Origin: Vicugna vicugna
Taxonomy: Eukaryota
Assembly (NCBI GenBank): GCA_013265495.1
Contig: MU058650.1
Location: 461,394 to 525,393, forward strand
Length of the DNA: 64,000 nt
Reading direction: 5' to 3'
The position numbers were made by a program, and so were the translations under genes. The notes under the pieces were generated by a model. That model worked only from the letters and a program-made list of their open reading frames with translations, had not been told where the DNA came from and ran no database searches. Shown piece by piece: positions 51,511-64,000 of the stretch (the first letter of the stretch is position 1; each line of letters opens with the position of its first letter).

Positions 51511-51979
51511 AGAAAAAAATATTTTATCTATAGCAGGACCATAACACATATGTCAACTATGTTTGAAACACAGATGATGCTTTTATAAAAATGTAATTCT
51601 AGCCATGTCAATCTACAAATAAAGTTAGTTTCTGCATCCCAGAAATGTAAGGGTAAGTATTACATATGTCTAAATAACAACAAGGAAGGGAGACAGAAAA
51701 GAAATCCCATTGCCCAAATTGTAATTTTAAGGGAAACTGCTTTGAATCTGATACAGTCTCATTTGAATCTTGGTGGCGTGACAAAATCTTTGTAGTTTAA
51801 ATACTTTAGTCAAATAAGTAAAACTTTTTGGGATAATAGTGAAAAGAAAGATCCTTAACAATTGTGCTCTTTATCTATGAAAGGTTAAGCAGTGATTTTT
51901 CTACCATTTTAGAGACATTTAATTCTCCTTTTATTGCATTTGTGGCATCTCTGTCCGTCTTCAAAAAAGAACACAGCAT

Positions 51980-52139
51980 GGGGAGGGTATAGTTCAGAAG
52001 TAAGAGTGTGTGCTTAGCATTCACAAAGTCCTGGTTTCAATCCTCAGTATCTCCATTAAGAAATAAAGAAACAAAGAAATGAAGAAACAAACAAACCAAT
52101 AAATAAACCTAATTACATCCTTCCCCCAACAACAACAAC
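51980..52139 (+). mobile_element. Vic-1-like SINE
   Basis: ggggagggtatagttcag...tgcttagcattcacaaagtcctggtttcaatcctcagtatctcca...aaacctaattacatccttccccc(aac)n; TSD aaaaagaacacag(c/t)at (51964-51979, 52140-52155). Confidence 0.9.
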
Positions 52140-52719
52140 AAAAAGAACACAGTATATGTGATACATTTATTTTTAAGTGTAAGTGAATAAAATTAATTTT
52201 CCTTAATATTTTTAAAATTCTTTTATATAAACAGGACACACATTCAGATTTTTTTAAAAAAGGATTTTAACATTTTTGAGCTAACAAAGAATTTGCTAAG
52301 ATAGCATTAGAAGTGAACTCTCTAACATATTCTAGATTAATTCTTGAATACTAAAAAGGAATAGTATTATTAGAAGTATAGCAATTGCTTCAGGCACAAA
52401 AATATTAGTGATGTTTAAGTTTACAGTTTGTGATTTTTGAGTATATGCTAAAGTACGCTTTAAAATATACACAGGGTATAAATTTTAAGTAAGAAACATG
52501 GCATACTGGAGATAAAGCCAAACTCTGAGCAGCGTGGAGTATTTTTCACCCAGAAACTAGTACACTCCAACATCATCATTATTACTCCTTGCTTTCAAAT
52601 AGCAAAGCATATCTTTGTGCCTTTCTTGTAAAATACCAGATATCCTCTTGTATTGTAAATATCTATGATCCTTTTGTTTACTGTAAACTCATAACATGTA
52701 CAGTCTCTAAACAGTGTGA

Positions 52720-55700
52720 CCTAGAATGAGAAAAAAGAATCAATAGAGAAAGTACTACATAACTAAACCAGTAACAGAATTTCCCCCTGAACTGTAGAAA
52801 ACCCTGAACCTACTGATGGAAAAGGCACAGTTCCAGCCAAGTATGATAAGAAACCACACACACAAACACACACACAGAAATCTAAATACATCTGGTTAAA
52901 TTCCTGAAATACAGAGGTAAGAAAATATTTAGTGGAAGGAAAGAACAAGCAACTTTCAAAAAAGTCTTAAAAACTGTACTTATTTGCAATTCTGGAAACT
53001 AGATGATAGTGGAACAATGTATGTGGAATACTGAGAGAATTTAAATCTAAGAATTTATACGCAACCAAGAAAGCTGGAAAAGATTCAGAAACAACATCAC
53101 TCAGTGAAACACCTGAGGAATAGTACTGAGAAAACACTTTAATCGAACAAGTCGAACAGAGACATCCTGGTAAGAGAATATGGGAGAAGTAAAAACAAGA
53201 AGGAACAATGAACTGTGCAACACACACGCACACACACACACTCACATTATATACACATATGTCAATGACACATTATTTGCAAATTTGTAATATACATGTA
53301 AATAAAGATTACTGAAACAGACAGAAAAGGAAACTATTGACAACTGCAAGGAAAGCTGTGTTGATAATCTGGAACTAAATCTCAGCAAAACCCAAAGTTG
53401 GGAGAAAAAGCAGGAGGGCGAAAGGACAAAAGTACTAACAGCATTGTAAAGTCTCTTCTAAATGAGATCTGATAACTAGAGAAAAAAATACATTCTTAGT
53501 AGGGAAATAAGGGATATTTTGTTTTAAAATAATGAAAAAAACATACAACCTAATTTTAGTAAAAGGAAAGGGAAGCTAGCCAATAATAAAGTGGGAAAGT
53601 AGAACAGAACTTTCAAGCTACAAAGGTTAAAAATACTTATACATACATATACATATGTATACAATTTCAACATGATCAAAACAGCAAAAATAAGGGAAAG
53701 AAAGAGTAATATAAAATAAATAACTATAAATTAAGATGAAAGAAAGAAAATCAGTAAATTATGCATTTCACTAAATGCAAACAAATAAATATCCTCATCA
53801 AATGGCAGAAATTCTCATTCATACCATATATAAGAATTGTACATCTATAAACTCATTTACAAAAAGTGTTCAAAACTGACTGCAGTGATACAGCTGCACA
53901 ACTCTATGATTATTCTAAAAACCCACTAAGGTATACACTTCAAATGGGTGAACTGTATGGTATGTGAATTAAATTTCAATATAGCTGTTATATATTTTAA
54001 AAATTAGAATAAAATTATAGAGGGAATTATAGTAGGATTATGGTAAAAAAATTTTAATATACCTCTCTCAAAATCAGATGGATCTGACAGACAAAAAGAA
54101 GCAAAACCATAAAGTAAATAAATATAACAAAACAATCAATAAAAGAAAAATGTAATAAAAATAAAATTTTACTGATAAACTCTAATGTGCCCTTTTCAGA
54201 ACCCAAAAGATCACAGGTGAAAAAATCAGGACCATAGATAAATTAAATAAATATTAACAATAAAATTTGTTTAAAAGTCAGAAGAAAAATGAAATTAAAA
54301 CAAAATCTGACAACAAAAGCCTGCACATATATGTGTATGTGGGCACGTATGTATATACACATGTAAAGAAATTACAAAAATTGCTCAAATACTTAGCCAC
54401 AAAATTTCCACAACATATTTTTAAGGAATGATTTTGCAGATCATATTTTCTAATAACAATACAAATAATAATAACAATAAACACATAAGTAAGAAAGATG
54501 ACTAAAAATCTTACCTATTTGGATATTAAATAATACCCTTTCTTGGATTAAAAATAAAATCAAAGTTGAAATTATAACAACTAGAAATCAATGAAAAAGA
54601 GATTAATTCATTCAAAATCCTAAGAGGCACAACAGAAACTGTACTTAAAAGTACATGTTATAAGTATTTTCAGTAACAAAAATAAATAAGTAAATAAAAA
54701 ACTTTCAATTAAGAAAAGATACATGCACCCCAATGTTCATAGCAGCACTATATATACAACTGCCAAGACATAGAAACAACCTAAATGTCCATCAACAGAT
54801 GACTGGATAAAGAAGTTGTGGTATGTTTATACAATGGAATACTACCCAGCCATAAAAAGAATAACATAATGTCATTTGCAGCAACATGGATGGACCCAGA
54901 GATCATCATTCTAAGTGAAGTAAGCCAGAAAGAGAAAGAAAAGTATCATATGATATAACTCATATATGAAATCTAAAAAAAAGAAAGAAAGAAAGAGGGC
55001 ACTAATGAACTCATCTACAAAACAGAAACAGACTTGTAGACATAATAAGCAATCTTATGGTTACCAGGGGAAAGGAGGTGGGAAGGGATACATTTGGGAG
55101 TTTGAGATTTACAAATGTTAGCCACTATATACAACAATAGATTAAAAAAACAAATTTCTTCTGTATAGCACAGGGAACTATATTCAATATCTTATAATAA
55201 CCTTCAATAGAAAAAGAATATGAAAATGAATGTATGTATATATATGCATGACTGGGACATTGTGTTGTACACCAGTAATTGACACATTGTAACTGACTGT
55301 ACTTTAATTTAAAAAAAAGAAAAAACTTATGTTGAGCTTAAAATATCAAGAGATAAAAAGCTGAAACGAGTAGATAAAACCTAAATTAGGAGTGAGAAAG
55401 AAGACATAGCACATATTAAGAAGACATAAAGGAATCAAAAAAGAACCACACAGTGTTCTGCCAACAAATGTGTAAATGTAATATAAATAGAGAATTTTCT
55501 GACAAAACATAAATGACAAAAATATTCCCAAGGAAAATGGGCAACCTGAGTTCTGGCTGGCCTTTAAAAAAATAGATAACTCCAAAGTTATTTAAATATT
55601 TCCAGGCCATAGAAAACAATTAAAACTACTCAATTATTTTCAGTAAGCCCACATAATTTTAATGCCAAAATTTAATACAGTATACTAAGACCGTTTTGTC

Positions 55701-57200
55701 TTATATTTGCAAAAATAATAGCAAATAGAATCCGGCAGTTTATAAAAGAAGAATACATCATCACCAAGTATTGTTCATACCAGGAATGAAAAAGTAGATC
55801 AACAGTAGAAAATCTATCAGTATTAACTATGACATTTATAAAATTAAATGAGAAAATAATACTGTCTTATCAGTAGATTCGGAAAAGTCTGAAATTCAAC
55901 AGTTTTAATAAAAATTTTGAGTAAAACAGGAGATATAAAGAAAGTGCTCAAATATAATAAATGCTGTTTTCCAAAAACCAGAAACAAAACTTACTCTAAA
56001 TAGTGAAATACTGAGAACATTTCAACTAAATTCAGAAATTAGACAAGTAAGTTTGCTATCACCATTGTTGTTCAATATTATCTTGGAGGTTCTAGCAGAT
56101 GCTATGAGATAGAGAAAATAAAATAATTACTACACATATAAAGAAAAGTAAAATTATCTCTTTCTGCTAATAAATATTGTACATTTAGAAAAACCTAGAA
56201 AGTCTTTTAATTTCAAGTCTCTTTCTTGCTTTCCTGCTTTTTTTTTTTTTTTGGTGCTCATAACACTTACAGCATACATTGTATAGAAAAAACCCTATTA
56301 GGGTTAATAAGAAAACATTGTCAAAAACTGAATATAAAATAAATATAGAAAGAATCAATAGCTTTTCTTTATATTAGCCGTAAGGATCAAGAAGTAGAAA
56401 TGGGGAAATATTCTATACAAAGTAGCAATGAAAACTATAAAATCATAGGAGTACATTTAATAAGAAAGCCATAGAACTTGTATTAAGAAAATTATTAAAT
56501 ATTAACACAGAAAACAGAAACTAAACAAATGGAAAAATATTGCACATTTTAGGATGGAAAGATCTTACATTATAAAACACTGATTCTCCCAAAGTTAATA
56601 TATGGGTTTAATACATTTCCAATCATAATCTCAGTAAGTCTTCTTACTAACATAGTAATTTTAAGATTCATATGGAAGAATAAATGCTAAGAATAGCTCA
56701 AAAATGCATGAATAGGAAGCCTATTGAGGAAGAACCAGACACTGGAATAAATAAAACGCACTATCATTAACATTTTTATTTCTATAGAACAAAAGAAGAG
56801 ATTACTGGGCCAGAATAGAAAATTCAGAAGCAAATCTGTGTATGAATTTTAATATCTCACAAAACAGTATTTTAATTCAGTGGGGAAAGAATAGCTTATT
56901 TTAATAAATGTCACTAGCCATCTGGAAAACAATAAAATTAAATCCCATCTCACACCACAAAAAAATCAAATTCAAGATCAATTAAAAGTTTAAAATATAA
57001 AAATTTAAACAATAAATATTGTGGAAGAAAATCTAAGAGACTGTATGTATGCATGCCTTAACTAAAACTGGCAAATAACATACAAAAAGATATAAAAACG
57101 TATTTGATTTTGCCTGACAAAAAGCTAAGTTAAAACTGTCAGAATAATGTACAGAATACAATTTTATTTTAGTAAAAAAGTATGTGTGTATGTGTTGTAC
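52720..57200 (+). mobile_element. Long, highly decayed L1ME-like element with nested younger fragments
   Basis: A-rich strand with ORF2 relics (aaataatagcaaatagaatccggcagtttataaaagaagaatacatcatcaccaag; ttcaatattatcttggaggttctagc; tctcccaaagttaatata); an L1MB/ME-like 3' piece at ~53860-54000. Confidence 0.65.
54712..55325 (+). mobile_element. Younger L1 3' end nested in L1ME
   Basis: aaaagatacatgcaccccaatgttcatagcagcac...gtaactgactgtactttaatttaaaaaaa; near-identical in structure to 27190-27814. Confidence 0.9.
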
Positions 57201-57224
57201 ATCTCCCCTGACATTCTGATAATC

Positions 57225-58365
57225 TTAAATACCACTTTGCTTCAGATCACCATTATCAACAGTCTAGAATTACTTTAACACCCTCCTAATTTTTCTGCTT
57301 TCTAATGTCTCTGCAATCCATTCTGAATACATCCTTTCAAAAATCATAAATCTTATCACGTGATTTCTCTACTTTAAGCCCTCAAGTGATTATCCATTGC
57401 CCTCAGAATAAAGTCCAAACTCAGCAGGGCGTGATCCAGCCTGTACTTACAAGTCCATCCTCATCCCTCCCAATTTCCTCACTTCACATTTCTGTACAAG
57501 CCACTATGAACCACCTGGCGCTTCTTGAACATGTTCAGCGATGTCTCACTTACAGGTTTCTGCCCATGCTACTTTTGTGTTTTATTTTGTTCTGTTTTGT
57601 GTTTTAATAGAAGTCTGTTCTCCTGACTACCCTACTTAGCTACTTATCTGCTTATACTCATCTTGCAGATCCTCACACCTGAATTCCTCCAAAATGCTTT
57701 CCTTGACACTCAAAGACTAGGACGGATGCCCTTGCCTTTTCAGTTTCCAAAGCACTTTGCTGTTACCCTCATCCTAGCATTTATCACACAACAGCCACGG
57801 GCTGGTCCACCTCCTCAATCAGACTTAACCTCTTTGAAGACAAAGGTTATGTCCTGTTCACCATTTATTCATTTATTTTTTAAAAATGGAAAAACCTGCT
57901 TGTGTAAGTCTCAACGCTGAGCAGTGGGGGAAACTATGGTGATCAGAGTAGGAATGGGTCTTACCGTAACCGAGCCATGTGAAAGACAGAATAATCAAAC
58001 AACTGTATACACAGAAACCACATGATGACAGATGCGAGGACAATAAGGTGCCGAATGCTACGAGAGCGTGTAACAGGGACGTAAGGTAATCTACTGGGTC
58101 AAAGAAAGCTTCCTTTAAAAAGTGACACATCTGAAAGGTAAGTGAAAGTCTACCAGGCAGCCGAGAAGGAGCAGACAGGCGAGGAAACAAAAACTATTTC
58201 AGACCAAAGAACATGTATGCAAAGGTCCTGGAAGAGAAACTAAAACACGCCTTTTGAGAAACTAAATGAAGACCACTATTGTAATCCTAGTCCCTGGACA
58301 GTGCCCGTTTGTGGTGAATTTTTTGAATGAATAGATAAAAGAATCAATCAACTGAGTGAACAAAT
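57225..58365. mobile_element. L2 (sense, ~57225-57865 and ~58280-58365) with an antisense L2 (~57865-58280) between
   Basis: cattgccctcagaataaagtccaaactc...ctctttgaagacaaaggttatgtcctgttcacca; antisense gggtcaaagaaagcttcctttaaaaagtgacacatctgaa; tail ttgaatgaatagat. Confidence 0.7.
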
Positions 58366-59620
58366 AAATATAGCTGTGTGTGACTGACCACGTTTATGTA
58401 TATCAAATAAAATGTGTATATTACATGGTATCTGTAGTGGAAATACATTTTGTGTGTCTATGTGTAGTTTTTCCATTGCTGTTTTCACACCCTTCAGTAC
58501 TCACTGGCAGGCCTTTTTACATAAGTGTAGGCAAGTTATGCTAAATGACTAATTTAATAGGTGTGAATGCTTATTGTTTGATGAATTCTTCTTCCTTTGC
58601 CAACAAACAGCCACATGTGAGAACTAAGAAACGAACATGCTCAGGGCAGCACGTGTATAATCAGGCAGCCTTTCAGGGCTCTGCGCTATGCTTGCTATCA
58701 GAAGCTGGCCACCTGTCAGGTGACTAAGGGCTCATCACATTTCCCAGCCTTCCTGCCCCAGCACCCTGACACATTGCTCTGGAAGACAGTAAGCCAACAG
58801 CCCCACAGCAATGTGCTGCAGATTCAAAGAATGCACAAACAGAGCTAATTAAGAAGAGGAGCTGCAGGAGCACCTGCTTCAGCCTTACACCCACACCTGG
58901 TCCCTGCTTCTGAAATGCAATCTGCCACATTGTGAAAAAATGTCAATGTCTCACAGGCTTTGGGATCTTCCTACCGAGACGTGTTCCCATCATTTCTCAT
59001 GCCTGCACTTTTTAACCAGTCTTTTACCTGACGGCTAAGAAGGTAAGGAAGAGATTTACTATGGAAATGCATGGATTCTGGCTTCTGCTGATGATAACTG
59101 GCCCAGTTCAAATTGAAGGCCACAACAGCAGCGGCAGAAAAGCATTCATTTCCACAAGGACAGATCCTCAGAGGGCTTGCTCAGAGCTGTTAATCACTGC
59201 TAATGCCTCCTTAATTGTTATGCTTTTTACAGTTTCTAAATTGTGATTCACTCTCAACTGCTCCACCCTCATCTTGGGAGCGATGCCTCTGTTCAGTTCG
59301 TACAGAGAAGATTAACTGCAATAAAAGTTGTGTTGTAAATAAATAAAATTGATGGAAATAGGATTTTTTTACAACTTTCCTATTGAATTAGGGAGTAAAC
59401 ACTTAGCCAAAGTCCTCAATATGTTTCATTAGCCAAATAGCATCAGATTTTAAATATGACAGAAATTACTGTATCATCATGTATCCATGATGTAGGAATT
59501 ACAGTAGCTTATAACCTCGTTTACAGGATTTGCAAACAAGCCTAATATTTTTATGCTTCTGGTATACCTCTGAAGGCTGACAACAAGTCATAATGTACTG
59601 TGGACTAACAATGCCATATC

Positions 59621-60022
59621 AGTAACTAAAGGTGTTGCAGTCATCAAGCTCTTGGCCACTGTAGCCGCCCCCAAGGGTGCACCCTGAGGAGACTCAGGGT
59701 GGGGAAGATACTACTGGCCCTCGACAGCTGAGGTGTGTATCAGAGGAGTATTTCAATGAGGCCAGACTTTGCATCCTCCCACACACAGAATGCCGAATTC
59801 CTTGAGAAATCTGGTTTTCTTTAACACTAATCTTTTGATGTTCTGACTACCTGGTCTTTGTTGCAAAACTCCTTTATGTCTTGGCTCCCCCCTTACCTCT
59901 TCAGAGCAGCCCCTTAGAGCTATCTGAGAGGCTGTCTCCCAGACCTGACGTCCTCAGAAAGCCCATGGAACAAAAAACGTAATTCTCAGCTTAGAGGTTG
60001 TGCATTTCTTTTTCAGTCAACA
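59621..60022 (+). mobile_element. ERV1-class (MER34/LTR39-like) solo LTR; 5' boundary uncertain
   Basis: 3' part gagctatctgagaggctgtctcccag...gtcctcagaaagccc...gttgtgcatttctttttcagtcaaCA is typical of MER4-group LTR ends. Confidence 0.75.
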
Positions 60023-60149
60023 GTATGTCCATTTAAAAGAGAATCTGAATTTGCAGATACACCATTTCACACAGTCAATGCATGAAGTTGACGAGTATCC
60101 TGGAACTTTACTGGTAACTCAGTCCAAACTCCCTCAAAACACAGCAGTC

Positions 60150-60430
60150 CTCAGGGGTAACCATCCTTCCGCTACTTAAACGCCACCTGTGATGAGGAGC
60201 TCCTGAAGCCTGCTCTCCCAAGACTGACTGTCTCTAGGAATCACAAAGTCCCTTCCTGCTTCCGTCACGGCTCAGTCTATTCCTATGACATTAGTCAACT
60301 GGTGCTATTATATCCTCTGGTGATTTGAACAAGTCTACCTTGCTCTCCTCACAGAAATCCTTTAAAGTACCTGAAAGTAGCCCTCATGCCCTCCTTTGTC
60401 TTCTCTCTTATGGTTTCCAAGAACTAATTC
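60150..60430 (-). mobile_element. CR1/L3 fragment
   Basis: tacttaaacgccacctgtgatgaggagctc...gaacaagtctacc...tcctttaaagtacctgaaagtagccctcatgccctcctttgtcttctct. Confidence 0.5.
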
Positions 60431-60501
60431 AAAATGTACTAAAGGCAATTCTAAAGAACTATTTTAAATATATACACAAACAAGGGTACATTAGAAAAAA
60501 A

Positions 60502-61004
60502 TGTGGGGTCCACAGACATCTGGCAGAGTCCTGCTCCAAAGCCCCCTAGCATCCAGTTGCTGCCATTTAAAGATAACATTCCTTCCTCAATCCCTGCCTG
60601 CCTTAGCTGAACTAACCACTCTAGACAATGATCAGCCTTACAATGTGCGGAAGCCTGGCCACCAGAACTGGTCACAGCCCCCTGCCACAGTCACGTAGCC
60701 CTGTCCTTTCCCGACATCCTCCCTTCCTGGTTACCTTAACATCAACCAGTCAGAAATCTGTGCACGAGCTGATCATGCACCGTGAACCCCGTGTGCCCGA
60801 TGTCACGTCAGCACCAACAGTAAAAGGCCACCTTCCCTTATAAAAGACCTCAGCAAATGATCCTCAGGACACACAGACACTGCTCATCTGTGACCCGCTG
60901 CTGTCTATAGCAGCATACCCAATAAACGCCTTTTCTATTTTCACCCTTTTGTCTCTGGTATATTCTTTTACCACTTGTGTACCAGCCCATCAAGTCCCAC
61001 CACA
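60502..61004 (+). mobile_element. ERVL-class (MER74/MER54-like) solo LTR
   Basis: TG...CA termini; 5-bp flanks AAAAA/AAAAA; TATAAAA at 60839-60845; AATAAA at 60921-60926; tctctggtatattcttttacc motif. Confidence 0.8.
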
Positions 61005-61771
61005 AAAAAGACATAGTATATGTGATTTAGAAGTTATGCTTTTGAAGGAAACAAGGAAGCAGTAGGTAGGAGGTCCACTCCAGGTAAGAGGAGCTAACGT
61101 GAGGTGCTTTTATGCCAGGATTACAGTTTCTGTGTATATGCACTCTGACTTGGGAAAATAGACATCTATATTTGTTCCTCTTCACTAGAGTATACACTTC
61201 AAACTGGTCTTCAGTAACGTATTTGATTTATTTGCCCTGCCCCATTAACATTTTTTATACCCAATTTCCTTCTGATCACACATATATAAGATGTTGAGCT
61301 CAGTAGGGAAGTAACGTAGGGCTGTGGGAAAAAAATGATCAATGGCTCGTGACGGGACTGAACCCATAACCACTGCTGCTTTTGCATACAGGGGAGGCCC
61401 CCCCAGGAATGGTTGAAGTTAGCACCCCAAGCAGACCAGCTGTCCATATGTCTGTTATTATCTCAAAGTGAATTTCACAGGAACACCACGCTGTGTTTGT
61501 CACATCACACCTGAAGATATTTCACAAACAGAGCACAAGGGAAATCCTGAGACATGCAATAATTAACAAAAATGGTCATCTTTCAAAATTGGGAGAGAAG
61601 ACAATATACACCTGAGTTCTTCCAATATTGCAATGGGAACTACAACCTTTTGGTTTCATGGCTTCTTTGGTTAAAAAAAAAAAAAAAGGTTATATTCTTA
61701 TGAATTTTTTCACTTTTGTAACACAGTTGTGTTCATTTTTCTGCGTCCCCTTCCAACTTTGTACCTGCTCA

Positions 61772-62408
61772 TGTTAGAGCAGGCAGCTAGCTAGAAAATG
61801 AACAGAGAAAAGGGGATGCAGGCTAAATGGCAGGAATTGGGCAAAAAGGAGGGGTATGGGTCAAACACAGGAAACCATACATTGTGTAAATAACAGGGGT
61901 CCCTGTGCAAAGAAAAGCAGGAACATCTGGGCTGATAAGTAGTCACATACTTTGGGGTGACAAGTGGCCTGGAGGTCGCCAAAGAAAGGTGAGAAAAGGC
62001 AGGAATCTCCAGTGTCTGAATGTAACCTTTTGCTCATTATGCCCTCATTTCAATAAAATTAGCCTTGCAGATCAGAAGTACCCAGCATGCACTGACACCA
62101 TGACACTTCTGATTCAGTCTAAACAAGGACAAAAATCCCACCTTCCCTCAGGAAGGTGGAGTTGGGATGAAAATCAGGGAATATGATCTCAAACCCTTCC
62201 CTCCCCGATGGAATATTCCACCCATTCGTTTTTACACCCTGTGTAACTCACTTGCCAGAGAAACTCAGGGCAGCTGCTCACCTGAGCCTGCCCGCGTTCC
62301 CCTTGAGAGTGTGCTGTCCATCCCTTAGTGAGTCCCCACTTTACTTTCTTAACCTCCATGTCTCTGAATTCTTTCTGGGACGGGACAAGAACCTAGTCAC
62401 CAGCAACA
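61772..62408 (+). mobile_element. ERV1-class (MER50-like) solo LTR
   Basis: Starts tgttagagcaggcagctag, ends ctgaattctttctgggacgggacaagaacc...gcaaCA; 4-bp flanks CTCA/CCCA. Confidence 0.82.
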
Positions 62409-62499
62409 CCCACGCATATACATAGTTGAATTCATAATGTAATCATGTATACAAAGCAGTTGGTGTTTGGCTTTTTCCTTTTGCGTAATAGTTCATGGA

Positions 62500-62992
62500 G
62501 TATGTGAAGCTGTCAGCTCTGGACTGAGTCTTGCTCTGGGAATGGCCTTCAGTTGAAGGGAACTGCCTGGCCCAAAGTCCTGTCCCCTCCTCAGGGCAGC
62601 CTGCATCCACATACGGTTAGTCTGGGAGGTGGTGAGCTGTGACACAAAGGCAAAGCATCCTTGCCTCAGCAGGGGGCAATCCTGAAGACATCGGCTGAGA
62701 CATCTGTTGTGACTGCAACTATGTGTAACAGTTCAACTTCTCTCTTTCTCTCATTCTGCTTTCTTCACATCCTCACAGGGAAACAGTGTTGTAAACCTAT
62801 TCAGCAGTAAACACTTGCTATCTTTCATGACAAAGGATGACTCAGAGGGTGGAGCTATGAACCACAAAGGACTATTCTCAGGCCTTGAAATCTGCTGTGG
62901 TTCGCCTGGTTGGGGCACTGATCGTGTTGCATTCCTGGGTACAAAGCTCCATCTGAGAGTCTGTTTCCTGGGGAAGCAGAGCTATGATAACA
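62500..62992 (+). mobile_element. LTR16-like ERVL LTR with a possible ~100-bp unrelated insert (~62820-62925)
   Basis: gggaatggccttcagttgaagggaactgcctggcccaaag...; 3' end ctccatctgagagtctgtttcctggggaagc. Confidence 0.65.
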
Positions 62993-63384
62993 TTATGAAC
63001 ATTTTTCCCATGCTGTAGCATAATCTTTCCACATAGTTCTCAATGAAACAGCTGTTTAACATTCTTGGAAGCAGATTTATTGTATTTTAATTGGCCATTT
63101 CCTTAGAATTGGACTGTTGGTTGTTGTCAACATTTTGTCAGTATAAAGAGCATTCAATGAACAGCACCAAGCTATTTTTCATGTTTTTTTTTTCTTGTTT
63201 GGAGCTATTTCTTTAAAAAATCAGATAAAAATATGAAGGTTTTCAGTCTATTGAAATTAAGGGTTTATAGATTATAGCATTGTAAACGTCAGTCCAATAG
63301 TAAGATATTACCACCAGGATACTAAAGAATTGGGACAGATCATTTTATACATTATTGTGTCTTTTACCCACGCCTCAGAATAGG

Positions 63385-63550
63385 ATGCTTGAGAGGCCCA
63401 AAAAGAAAAAGAGAACAGAATGGTCTATATTTAACTTCACAGCTACTTCTCCTGTACTTGGCTGAGTAAATCAAAATCTTCACAGTGCTAGCACCCAGTG
63501 TACAGCAAATATTTGTTGAATACATATATGTATAAATGAATAAATAATAT
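63385..63550 (+). mobile_element. L2 3' tail
   Basis: cacagtgctagcacccagtgtacagcaaatatttgttgaat...aatgaataaataa. Confidence 0.55.
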
Positions 63551-64000
63551 TCAGTTTGCTTTAAATTTTAACTTAAATTCAAGAGGGCTCATTAATATAG
63601 AAACATAGAAAATGTAAGTAATGTAGAAAATATAGACTGGATACTGACAAGCCATTGGCTTTAAGTTCTTAAATTGTTTGCCTTCCAAAGCAAGAGTGAT
63701 GGTGGTGGTAACTAATAGCACATGTGGGTACACAGAAGCTACCAGAGGGACTAAAATGGAAGAATTAAGGAAGAATAAAATAAAGGAATAATTAATAAAA
63801 GTACTCAGAGTCAACCAGAAAACAGTAAGCAAAATTTATTATTGCAACAGGACACGTGCCACAAATTCCTGGAAAGAAGTGCTGGAGACCAGAAGATAGT
63901 AGTGAAAATCCAAGTCTTCAAATTTCAGGCAAACGAGGGCATGAGATATCTAGTGAGATGTACTGGCAGATCCTTTGGACATAACATAAGAATTATCCCC

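Noticed and set aside
62138..62159. Hairpin CCACCTTCC-ctca-GGAAGGTGG
   Set aside because: Short and internal to an LTR; no independent evidence of function.
1..64000. Additional GUCY1A2 exons, CpG-island promoter, processed pseudogene, or any prokaryote-type system (CRISPR, operon)
   Set aside because: No other sGC-like peptide in the ORF track or by eye, no CpG island and no regular repeat-spacer array. Very short or non-coding exons cannot be excluded without alignment.

Overview
AT-rich mammalian genomic DNA lying inside the soluble guanylate cyclase alpha-2 gene (GUCY1A2, minus strand). Only one real coding exon is present: 45316-46034 (719 bp, canonical AG/GT), encoding the pseudo-H-NOX C-terminal part and the start of the PAS/HNOBA domain. 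By recalled human gene structure this is exon 4, and the rest of the window is flanking intron. The introns are a dense TE mosaic: younger and ancient L1s, L2, MIR, CR1/L3, an MLT1 LTR, six other solo LTRs, and five tRNA-Ala-derived SINEs of the camelid Vic-1 type. Those SINEs, and the absence of recognisable Alu/Bov-A/PRE-1, suggest a camelid (alpaca/vicuna/camel) genome. Nearly all other ORF-track entries are L1 remnants or noise. I found no convincing previously undescribed biological system. The best leads are modest: a Phe->Val change in a conserved sGC PAS motif, a CpG-rich nested hairpin, a SINE carrying an apparent 3' transduction, an L1 with a clean ORF1 deletion, an ERV2-like solo LTR, an LTR cluster and a candidate CRE/AP-1 enhancer. 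Repeat family names come from recalled consensus motifs, not a database search, and most repeat boundaries are approximate.
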